Shown: piece by piece, positions 52,224 through 64,000 of the stretch
Layout: each line of letters starts with the position of its first letter
Numbering within the stretch: the stretch's first letter is position 1
Assembly: GCA_965112155.1 (NCBI GenBank)
Contig: OZ218103.1
From: Podarcis liolepis
Taxonomy: Eukaryota
DNA length: 64,000 nucleotides
Strand: one strand, 5' to 3'
Program-made: the position numbers and the translations under genes
The notes under the pieces: generated by a model
What the model saw: only the letters and a program-made list of their open reading frames with translations
Database searches by the model: none
Told to the model about the DNA's origin: nothing

Positions 52224-52540
52224 TTATTTATTCCCCAGCCACTCTGGGCAGCTTCCAACACAGTATTAAAATACAGTAATGCCTCAAACATTAAAAGCTT
52301 CCCTAAACAGGGCTGCCTTCAGATGTCTTCTGAAAGTCTGGTAGTTGTTGTTCTCTTTGATATCTGGTGGGAGGGCGTTCCACAGGGCAGGCGCCATTAC
52401 CGAGAAGGCCCTCTGCCTGGTTCCCTGTAACTTGGCTTCTCGCAGTGAGGGAACTGCCAGAAGGCCCTTGGCACTGGACCTCCGTGTCTGGGTAGAATGA
52501 TGGGGGTGGATATGCTCCTTCAGATATACTGGACTGAGGT
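52175..52540 (-). mobile_element. 5'-truncated L2-type LINE 3' end with (TTA)16 tail
   Basis: The (TAA)16 array at 52175-52222 abuts ...tttattccccagccactctgggcagcttcc... The body agrees with L2 3' coding sequence (RGPSR...PPSHQISK). Confidence 0.75.
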
Positions 52541-52788
52541 CTCCTTAGTCCAGCTCAAACACCCTGATTCACACAGCATACAAAAGTTCTTACAATGAGT
52601 CCAGTTACTTTTTCTCAAAAATCTTTCTCAAGGGGCACTTCCTGAGTAGGACAGACAACTTCAACTTGCCTTTTTTCCCATAGTCAGCAACCAGATCACC
52701 TTAGGACTATCTCCGTCCTATGACTTTTTCTAGAAGCTGGCATGTGGATGGGCCCCTTTAATTAGTTATATAAAAGAGAATACTGTTA

Positions 52789-53277
<489 letters not shown>

Positions 53278-56200
53278 TTACGGGCTCATGGCCACAGCAT
53301 AAGAACCAATTGATTGCAGAGCCTGAGTCAAACCTACATCTAACAATGATTATACAGACAACCTACCATGTTTAAAACATGGATTTGCCAGCCTTGTTCA
53401 AAACATAGTTTAGCCACATCAAATTCCCGGTAAAATATTTGTTAATATGTCCAATCCCAACCTGCAAATTGCATATTTGTAGCCACATGAAGTACAACAG
53501 ACAGAATTTCACACGATAAGCAATTTGTATGAAGTGGCTTCCCATGTGATTTAGAAAATTCTCACACACTTAAAGTAATTTAAACAAAGTGCTTGCCACA
53601 TGGGGAGTTTCTACCACATGGCTATATTTTAGAAGCACCCCCCCTTCTGCTACAATCTGCATGCATGACAGAAAAAGCACATTGTTCTACCTTATAGGGG
53701 TTTTTCTTTTGTAAGAAGAAATAAAGGACAGCAACACATTTTGCACTCCAAAATGTTTTAAAGTATTAATAACTTGCAAGCTCAACTATCAAATCTACCA
53801 TAATTCAAAAAAGCAATGCAAACTTATTTTTCTCCACTATGGACTCCTTTAAGCTCAACATTTAGACAGAATAAACTGTATTTGTTGAGATGATGGGGGC
53901 TTAGGCAGAGTTAGCAGTAAATTGTACCAGTCCCTCACCCTGGGGAAGGGGGCAATGCTATGGGAATTAATGCCTGGGAGCCTTTAAATACCAAAGCATT
54001 GTTCTCACAAGTGTAAACAACAGTGGCTCCAACTTTGTCTGATCTGAATGCTACTGCTTTGTCAGGGAAATTCTTAGTACGCTCAGATTCCACTTTGTAA
54101 TATTCAGCATGCCACAGAAAAATGTCCCCATTGAAAATCTGTATGCAGGGCCTCTGTAATGAAAGCAACTTTACAACAGACCAAGAAATCGCTGCAAAAA
54201 TGTGCTGCATAATTACCCACACAGCTGTGGAAGTCATTAACAAAAGTTCTGTCTGCATTAAGCCATTTGCAGCTTCTCACATTTCCTTAATCTTTTCATT
54301 TATGTAAATGGGGAACCTCTGGCCCACCGGTTCCCTCAGTCTAGCAAGCCAGGCCCATGTCAGTGGGCCTTACCCACCTGTCAGTCATCCCACATCGTCT
54401 CTTAAACAGGCATAGGGATCTCAGTGCTGTGAATTCAGCACTCCCTCTGGGAGTGAATGTATGAGTGTGCATGCCTGCAAGGCTTTCTCTGTGAGAGGAT
54501 ATGTAAGAATGTGTCTAGTGCATGTGTGCTTATGACAAGAGAAGGGGCAGAGGTACTGGTATATGATATTTATTTATTTATTTATTTATTTATGCATTGC
54601 TTCATTCAGAAGATCAGTCAAATCAAATTTCATTTTTCTTTACGTTTTGTCTATCTTCCTCTGACCTACTCTCCGTTCTAAGACAATATCCTAACCCTTG
54701 GATCTTAACATCAGACTTCAAAATACGTAATTAGACCTGAATGCACATTGTTGGATTTTCTGAAATGTCAGCAGGAACATCAAGACTCGTGTTTTTGAGA
54801 ACCTATATGGTGTCCCATTTGGCTTCTAGGCTTAATTCCTCACATCCTACAAATGTGCCCCTTTCACTATGTCTACCAGTAACTTGTATGCAATTCCAAT
54901 CTTTGAGCAGGATCCCTATGCCAGGATCTCAGTGTGGATTAGGGGGCCTGCACCTGCAATTTACTTTGGAGAGCAGCGAGTGGCATTTCCACCTTCAACA
55001 CAAATTGCAGGCTTATGCGTATGTGAATGGGTGGGTGGGGTGGGGTGCAAGTGAGTAAGAAAAAAATGGAGTGGGTTTGCCCCATTCACTTTTGGCTGCA
55101 GCCCTCCCCACCACTGGCACGGGGGGGGGGGGCAGAAACGTTTCTCACCCCAGCTCTAGGGCTGCTAAAGCTATGTATGTCTTAAAGGGCGTCCTCAACT
55201 GCAGGTGGGTGAACTATTCTACACAAACAGAACTTAAATAAACGTAGTTCAGGAGTTTATGCCAATTGTTTTCAAATCTCAATGTTCAAACAAAATCAAA
55301 ATGTTTAGGCTGAACGCACAAACCATTATTGTTCATGATTTCTAAAACCAGTCTTTTGGCCTGAAGTTTTGCTTTTAAGCATGTATGGAATACTGTTGTC
55401 CTTCACAACCATGAAGGATGTAAAACTTCTTCAAAAAGGTTTGTAAGGGTTGAGAGCTACTAAAATTACAAGAACTGGCAATCATGGTTGAGTTTGCCTG
55501 TGGAATGTTTTTAACAATATGCCTGCAATAATAAAATCCACACACTAGGTGTCCTTGGAATAAAAGGGAGTTGTTTTTGGTCAAGAGTTTCCCTTTCATT
55601 GGTGGTATCCTTTGTTTTTCAGTAAGTACCTGATATCATACAGACAACGCCCTACAAATCAGCAAGAGAAGTCAGATACATCCTAGAAAGAAAATATCCT
55701 ACACAAAATTAGGAATTCCTATAGCATAGACTACCCAAAGATTTAGAGTCAGGCAAACAAGGAACGGGTAGCTGGAGACATAGCTCAGGCTCACTCTTAG
55801 ATGATATTTTATTTCCTATACAGTAATCGACAGTGTCATGCATCCTTCTACCATTTTTGTGAATAGAAACTTAACAACCTTTTCTGACAACCAGAGCTAA
55901 CCACGAGCTATTCTGCTGCAAGTGCAACTCGGCAGACGTTCCACCTCAAATAAGCAGTGATGGTCTCTCTGCCCAAGTCCCCTAGTGATTTGCTACCATG
56001 TGAAAGCGTTAGCAGCACTATTGCTGAATGCCCATGAACTGAAACAACATTGAAGTAAACAGAACGCCAGTGGCTCTGTGGAGTACTGCCTCCTTTATAA
56101 TGTCAGAGAGAAAGAAGCAGATCAATGCCGGCGTCATTCAAATACTATTGAGAGTTAAATTCGGGGTTAAGCACTGTTTGCGTACACTACATCTTGAGGA

Positions 56201-57175
56201 GGCCAGCTGAATCCAGTGGGCAACTGAAGTTCCAGGGACAATCATGCGCACTGCCTTTCTATTTGCTGAGGCTGGAACCAGACATCATTTGGGCAAATGC
56301 ATGGTTTCAACCACCTCCCAAATTGGATGAGACCATTTAAAATGTAGAGATGATTGGCAGATGGGAAGAGCAAATGCTTTATGCCTCCTATGCCAATGCT
56401 TGCAAACCCCACCCACCTCACCTCAGCTGTCATTTTGCTAGCTGAATTAACTTCCAATTTTGGAGCTTGGCTGGCGGGGGGACGGGACCAAACTTTTAAG
56501 TATTGTGAGTAGGGGAAGAGTTAAATACTCACTTCCACTCACCAATTTTCTGTTCTGCAAATGCCATATCCAACTCTCACATTAACTGCAGGGGCAAATC
56601 GAGGGTTGGGAACCAGTGATTTCCTCTGTAATGTCTAATTACTGTAGTTCCAAATCAAGCATGATTCTTTACCATCTTTTCCCTTGTCTCAACTACTCTC
56701 TCCCCTCACTGCTATGCTACCTTTCTTATTTCTTTCCATATGAGTCCCTTTTTAGTCAACAAAGTAGATCAGGTAAGAGACTAACTACAAAAGCCTGGAC
56801 TAGACTGTGATTTAGTAAAGGTGCTCAAGTTACATAGGTAAAGAACAACATGCATGCATCACTCCAAAAACCCAAGGCAGGCATGGTAATGTTGGATATC
56901 AGGACAAAACTAATATAAAGAACAATTCATGCCTCTTTTATTGAAAATATCTGCTAGCTTTGCAGAACGATGCAAATGCAACATGCTGACTAATAAGTGT
57001 TAGTAAATCTATAATCGGTATTATGTCATTCAAAATATACGAATAAGCCACTTCAAAACAATATATGTATCATATAACACATCTCACAAAATATACAAGT
57101 AACTGCAAGTTATTATATGTAACAGAGTCAAACAAAGATTCAACCAACCAATGAATAGCAAGGAACGCCAAACTG

Positions 57176-57240
57176 TCTCTCAAAGGAAGACGTCTCACAA
57201 AAGTCTCAAAGGAAGACGTCTCTCCGAAGTCTCAAAAGGA
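57176..57240 (+). repeat. Short tandem duplication of gtctcaaaggaagacgtctc (~2.5 units)
   Basis: Read directly. Confidence 0.8.
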
Positions 57241-60200
57241 CAGTGCATCCAGAATAGTTCAACTGTTTTGGAATCAAGTCTTCATCAGCGAATAATTATC
57301 AATGAAATATACATAATTATCCAGTGAGCACTGATCCACTAGTATGATCTTCACTAGTATGTATATATTCATATATTTTGAATGACATCATACCCATTAT
57401 ATATTTACTAACAGTTATTAGCCAGCGTGTTGCGTTTGCATTTTTGTAGATTGTCACATTTTGCAACACAGGGGTTTGGGTTTGTTCAGCTTTGCAGAAG
57501 GAGGCAGAAAAGGAACCAAATTCAATTTCAGTAAACAGAAAGTCACAATTCTGAGGCATAGACCTTGGGAGCAAACAGTTAACATTATAGTCCACCAGTT
57601 GCTTGAAGCACCCTTACTGCCAGGAAGAGCTAGTAGCCTCAGACTATGCAGCTGTCCCAAAAGGAGGTGACCCAGCCCCAGCGTCAAAAATATCTGGTGC
57701 TACCTGGCCCTGGTTGCTGGGTAGTTCACTTCCAATGGGGACAGACACTATTTCCCCATCTAGTTACTACAGAACTTTTGAAGAGCAGCAGATGGAGCAC
57801 AGTCACTTCTGCCTTATTTAAACAAAAATCTTATATTTAATGTAAGTTGCTCAGGAGGCCAACTCTCGGGCAGAAAGGTGGGATATAAATATTGTTAATA
57901 AATGCATACCATCATGTCAATAAGAATATTCCGAATAAAGGTTTGTTCTCCCGCTAGAAACAATTTGCATATTATGTTCATGAACCTGTATCATTTAAAG
58001 TGACCTTATCTATGGTCCCCCCCTTGCTTAATTTATAATCTTCTAAAACCTTATTTGGTGAAAACTATGGATACAGTCTGATTGATACAAGAAGTCTGGA
58101 GAATGAGTAACTTTGCAAAGAGAAAGTGCAATCATTTAGCTGAGTGTAGTGACTCAGAAAGGGGAAGCCTCAATGTACGGAATAACCCAGATGTGCTTAA
58201 AAGAAAACCAACTGATCTAAGGGCTATTAATATCCTTGCAATGAGCTCTCTTCTCCCCCCCTCCCCCACCTGCTCCAGGACTAGAGCCTGTATGAACAAG
58301 AAATAAATCAGCCAAATGCTCTGTGGGATAGATAATCACATCATGTAGCAATGACCAGGCACCAGGTCTAATGCTTCGCCTGTAAAGTGGTTAGTGAGTG
58401 TGTGAGTGTTATTTCCTGCACTGTCATCTCTAGCTTTCTTTGTCACACTTTTGGCATTTAACATCATTCTGAAGATGCAAGAATGGTCCACTAAAAAGGA
58501 ATGAGAGAACTGGAACAGACACTGCCCTACTCAAAAGATTCCTAGCAGATGCCTATCCAACCTTTTATTGCTGGCCTGTAGATTTTACAGTTTCCGCTAG
58601 CCATTTATTTACAGGTCTCAAATTGCAACGCACAGCTGGATTAAGGATAAATATTGGGCAATTTGCTATTCTCCTGCATTGTTGTTGTTTATTTGTTGCC
58701 TGTCCTTCACCCAAAGGTCCCAGGATGGATGGGTTACAATGTTAAAACACAATTTCAAAAATGGTTTAAAACAACTTACAATCACAAAAATAAGGTGGGT
58801 CCTAAAAATAAGTGTCAAAAAGCCAGGGCAAAGAGGGCAAAGAGGGCAATAAATATGGTGAGCCCTTGACTGGTAAACTCCACATATTCCTCTCTCACCG
58901 GGGAGACAGTATATGAATATCCTGCCACAGCAGATGCAAGCTCAACGCACACCCTCTTCTAGACTTTATACACTGCTGAGGTTGGGAGGAGCTACACCCT
59001 CACCACCTCTACAGTAAAGCAAAGCAGGCAGTGAGCTGGTTCACACATAAGGTTGAACAATAGTTTGAAATAAATTATGGTTTAATAAGCATTTGCTCCA
59101 TCCTTACTCCCGACTGTGCTGCATGGCAGAGGAAACACACCGGAAGCAAGTCAGAGTCTGTCTTGCCTGTTCTGTCTGAAACCGGACTCATGGCTTGTTT
59201 CTCTCCAAACAAACCACAAGAAGCCACAATTTCTCATTGGTTTATTTGGAGGAAACAAATCATGAACCTGCAAAGACCTGGGTTCACATTTAATGCAAAT
59301 TGAATGCCAAGTCAGACTGTGGCTTGCTCCGGTCCAGCGGCTTGTGTGAACCAGGCGAGGGGCACGTGCACCGGATGGGGGGACCGCTGCCCAGCCCTTG
59401 CCACTGATGCCGCTGCAGCAACTCTACCCTAACCAGAGGAAAGCATGGCCGCGCTGAACTGCCTGCCCACCCATGCATTGGGGAACCTGACTGGCCGACG
59501 AGACCCTTGGCGGATGGAGAGGAGCACCCAGGTGAGGGCGCCTGGTTCATGCCCTCAGAAATTTGTGCACCCAGGGCCCTCTGGCACACACACCTCCACA
59601 TGACACCCCTCCAGTCTTCTTCCCTCCCTGCATGGCACAGTCAAGAGTAAAGAAGGCACAAAGCACTTGTGTTTATTAAGCCATACTGTATTTTAAAGTC
59701 TAGTTTAATCCTGCCTGTGAGAGGCTGCCCCCTAAATAACTATGTGCAAGGCTGTTCTATCTACTATTAATCCTCCTCAGATGGTTCAGTGAATAATTGG
59801 TTCTCACTCCAGCCTGAGGATGTCACACTTTTCAATGAAGGTGGACTTTACAATTGGGACAGAACCGCTGTTCCTTCACAGGGCTCAGTTTAAGTTTGAC
59901 TGTTGCTGTATCCACATCAGAGCTCTGCTCTCCTTTAGCATTCAACCTGAGTCCAAGAAGCACAGGGGAAAGCAAAATCCTGCCTAATAGAAGACTTGCT
60001 TTCTTCTGGCAATTTTTGTGCTTCTGCTTCTGCTTCTGTACTAAAAATATCAAACCAGGAGCACAAAATGCTCCAGTGAATATATGCCCCTATAATTATG
60101 CTATAAACGCCATTTGTTCCAAGATCTATACGAAAAGACACTTCGTTCAGGAGTAACTTTTTCAGCCATACCCCCCGTTTCAACTGAGCGCTTTGACATG

Positions 60201-61708
60201 TTTTCCAGAAACCCCAAAGCCAACAAATGTCTGCTCAGCTAGTCAGACTACACACTCAAGTTATACCCACCAAACCAGAGAGAGACTTGAAAAGAGAGCA
60301 GCCTGGGAACCTTGAATACCACTTAGGAAAACAAATTCCAGTCAGTGGTCCTCCAGAGAATGATCTGGTGCCAGGACTCGCTGCCAGAAAAGTTGGTTTG
60401 CATGGCAGCAAATGGGATGGTGGACAAGAGGTCAGTACCTTGTACGGCTTTTAACTCCTTGACTTCGCTTAGTTAGTATGATTCATAATCCTTTGCATGT
60501 CATCACAAGGTATTTGCAGGAGCTTGCTGTGATGATATACCCCCTTTCAAATGAAGCCCAAGTACTTTTTCCACTCAGCAGACACAGCTGGCTTTAGAAT
60601 GAAGAGGATTTTATGAATTCTCATAGTTTAAATATCAGACTGCAAAGCGCAGCAACATAATCTCCGCACTGGCATGAATGTGGACCATGAATCATGCCTA
60701 GTAGCAAACAGGAATCTACTATGTTTGTATAACGTGCTATTTAAGGTCCAATAAGCAGCTTTAGTTTTTGACTGGTTCTCTTGCATCATCCAGCGTTAAG
60801 CTTTCCAACATGCTAATTGCAAGGCGCTGTTATCTGTGGCAAGATAAAAGGAAGAACTGGTTGCAAGGATCACACTACAGAAAAGGAAAGGAAAAAAATC
60901 TGTATTTAACAGTAGCCAGAATTATGATTTTTTAAATCTCATTAGGTACGAACAACATTGGGTATCACTAATTTGTAGAGAATACTTTGTGTAAAAACTT
61001 CCCCATATCTACCTGCACCACTTCCCCTTTAGGCAGTCATAAGGCGCAGAGTGTTCATACACTTTTTTGACCCCAGCAGATCATGAGGCCCAATCTTATG
61101 GCTGAGACACAGCACTGCATATGACCGCTTCTCAACCAATCTACCCAATCTTGTGACACATGGAGTACGGGTGCAGGGATACCAGATGTCTGTGTGGGAG
61201 AGGAAACAGATCCGTATGGAAGCAGGCTGGCACACTAAACAGCACACAGTATATACATGGCACACTGTGCCCATATGTTTCTTTCCTCACAGCTGTATAA
61301 TATGGAGCAGGTGGCTAGCTGACCGTTGGTGTTCATGATGGCTGTGGGAAGTTCCATCCAATGGCCACAATCTGAAGTACTGTAAAACTAGTTCTGTGAA
61401 CATGAAGTAAGGCAAGCAATGTTAGAATTGATATTTCTGAATAGGAGTGATTCTCTCTCCCCCCCCCCCCCCGGACTAAAGACAATTTCAAAAAGCATAT
61501 GTGGGACAAATGTTTAAAAGGGGGAGAAAGATTTTGCATAATCCTAAACAGATCTTTGGATCTTAGCTACTGCAGCAGAAGATTTATAGCCTAGCGAATG
61601 ATTCCAGTCAAGTCAGTTGACTGTAAACCCCAGAATTGCTGGTGGTGAAAATAGTTTAATAAGACCACCCCTCTGCCCCAAACCAAGTTCTGAGAGTAAT
61701 TTCATCTA

Positions 61709-61952
61709 CCGTATTTTTCGCCCTATAGGACGCACTTTTTCCCCTCCAAAAATGAAGGGGAAATGTGTGTGCATCCTATGGGGCGAATGCAGGCTTCAGG
61801 AAGCTATCTGCAAGCCATGGGAGAGCTGCGCAAAGCTCGGGCTTCCCCCGCCCCAGGGGGGGAAATATATTTTTTTTCCTTTATTTCCCCCCCCCCCCAA
61901 AAAATTAGGTGCGTCCTATGGGCTGGTGCGTCCTATGGGGTGAAAAATACGG
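61709..61952. mobile_element. MITE group A, short copy
   Basis: TA|CCGTATTTTTCGCCCTATAGGACGCAC...GAAAAATACGG|TA; first ~90 bp nearly identical to the 17214 copy. Confidence 0.9.
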
Positions 61953-62071
61953 TAAATTAAAGAAAACATAAGGCAGCCAAAGGAGGAAATGTAATAATGG
62001 ATAACTCCTTCTCACATTGACAAGGGGTTCTAACTTAGCTCTTAGGTTAGCTTTCTATCTACGGAGAATAG

Positions 62072-62110
<39 letters not shown>
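62072..62110 (+). repeat. (GATA)n microsatellite, ~10 units
   Basis: Read directly. Confidence 0.95.
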
Positions 62111-63849
62111 TCTAATAAGCACATTACATGATACAGCAACATCACAATGTAGATACAAGTAGGTGTACATTTGTAAACTAAACAGTTAATTTTATTCAGT
62201 CTATCATGCAGGGAATTATTTTGTTTGAATAAACATTCAGTCCTGTTAGTCCTCAACTGGCGGCTAAAGCAGTACAGTCTAGGACACAGGTTTACCTCTT
62301 TATCGTTAGTTTGTGAGAACTAGGCCAAAGATTTTCCAAGTTACAAGTACAAACTCGCAATGCTGGAAAGGAACCAAAGCACAATGAGAACTCACAGAGG
62401 ATTCAGTAATATCTCAAAATGACCTCATCATTTCTCCCTTTTCTGACCTCCTTCAAGTCTTGCCAATTGGAAAAATGTGAAAAGACGAATCATGAGGACA
62501 AAAAGAAAACAAAATATAAGCACCTAATTTAGTTTTACTGTCCTTGCTCTTTGATTTTTTTTAAAAAAGAAAGTAGCACAGAGTCTGCTACTTATGCCTG
62601 TGGTGCTGGTTTTCCAACTTGGAAGAGTTACAAAGAATCAGATGATTATAAAAGAGCACAAGAACAATTTGTCTCACATTCTGTGAAGCCTTTTGAGAGT
62701 TAGCAAAGCAGGAGAGCCATTTCCAACTTTCCTTTGATTTTTAGAATATTTCTCGTTCATTTTAGTTGCTCAACAATAGCAAAGGATGCCTATATTCTAA
62801 TCTACCAACAACAAAAGCAGTGAAAAGAAGGGGGATAAAAATCTTTGATGGGAGTACCCAGAGACACACCATTGACGAATTACTATCCATTACCACCTCG
62901 CCAAGTCAGTGCATTGCTGCACAGTACTGTGTTGTGACAGGTCAAACTATAGTTTGAATTATGCTTTTGCAAAATAATGGGATGTTAACAACCTAGGATT
63001 CAGATTTATCGTGTTTATGGTGTTTACAACATATCAAGAGAGCCAAGCACACCAGGGCAGGAGAGGTAATCGATGCAAAACCTGTAGTCTTCACAGATGT
63101 GAAATTCCAACAATCATGCTAGAAGATGTTGAGAAGCGCGACATAAGTCCCCTACTAGACCAAAATGCATGGTCAATTCCCGGATGAAATCTGGAGAAGT
63201 TTGCGGCAAGGATAAAACTCTAACCCCATGCAATTAATATTTTGTCAGGACCTGACAAAAGCATGCAGCTTGACTGAATAGCAAAAACTTGTACTTTCAG
63301 AGGGAGATCTACTTCAAAGGTTTTAAACAAAATGTTCACAATTAAAGAGTAATGGGAAGAAAGGACAAAAAAAAATTTAAACTACCTCTACCTAAAAATG
63401 AAAAAATGGCAAGGATATAATGGTTATGTGATGAAACAATTTGAGACACAGCATTGTGCTCTGGCCAGGAGCAAAACTGGCAAGAATTTGGCTCTAAAAA
63501 CAAAACCTGTCATTTGAAGCATTGTTATTTCCTGGGAAAGAGGGAGGATGGAATATTTGCAGCTAGGGGGTATGCTATAGAAAGCAACTTCAAAAACTAT
63601 TCCAATGGCATTCATCCATAAGTTTATTTGCATTGTTGCTAACTATAGCTTGTTTTCCTCTCCTGGCTACATTAACCTTTGACCGCAGAGGCAGTTCTAA
63701 CACAAGGGTTTAGCTGGTGGCCAATGTTCACTTCCGTGTCCACAGGCTAAAAACAATGAAACATTTAACAAGGGTCATGACAAACCTTATTTTATTTTTG
63801 TGTGTGCGTATGTGTATATACACACACAAAACCTTACATATAATAAATC

Positions 63850-64000
63850 CTGAATTGAATCCTGACAAGACAGAAGTACTGTTTTTGAGGGACAGGGGGC
63901 GGGCAGGTGTGGGGGATTCCCTGGTCCTGAATGGGGTAACTGTGCCCCTGAAGGACCAGGTGCGCAGCCTGGGAGTCATTTTGGACTCACAACTGTCCAT
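63850..64000 (+). mobile_element. Young 5'-truncated L2-type LINE (post-RT region), runs off the window
   Basis: Uninterrupted frame from 63855, LNPDKTEVLFLRDRGRAGVGDSLVLNGVTVPLKDQVRSLGVILDSQLS, homologous to the decayed copy at ~16100-16240. Confidence 0.85.

Noticed and set aside
52170-52430. Poly-Asn ORF
   Set aside because: Translation of the (TAA)n LINE tail and antisense L2 sequence.
54378-54388. ATG ACT GAC AG|gtgggt on the minus strand as the RhoGAP start exon (would give [11 protein letters not shown] in the right phase)
   Set aside because: Phase fits, but it lies in what looks like a decayed TE fragment, has no promoter or clear acceptor support, and such an 11-nt match is expected by chance. 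RNA-seq would be needed.

Overview
Vertebrate genomic DNA. The repeat families suggest a squamate reptile, probably a lacertid lizard (inference). Two spliced genes lie in tandem on the minus strand. (1) The 5' end of PHF20: CpG-island promoter and non-coding exon 1 near 20.3 kb, the ATG exon at 6650-6760, and the first Tudor-domain exon running off the left edge. (2) An ARHGAP39/Vilse-like RhoGAP (WW-WW, long disordered linker, MyTH4, RhoGAP): nine coding exons between 53188 and the stop at 26592 join in frame through canonical GT-AG sites (3082 nt, about 1027 codons); its start-codon exon was not found. It looks like a diverged ARHGAP39 paralogue rather than the orthologue. Non-coding DNA is dense in TEs: L2 and CR1 LINE remnants, tRNA-derived SINEs, hAT-type MITEs and two groups of TA-targeting Tc1/mariner-type MITEs. 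Highlights: a young, TSD-flanked, perfect 196-bp palindrome (22948-23143) with a Penelope-type minimal hammerhead ribozyme on both strands, just past the putative RhoGAP poly(A) site; a multi-layer TE nest in PHF20 intron 1; and candidate Nck-SH2 and beta-TrCP motifs in the RhoGAP linker. Nearly all other ORFs in the supplied track look spurious. Family names and human comparisons are from memory, not from database searches.
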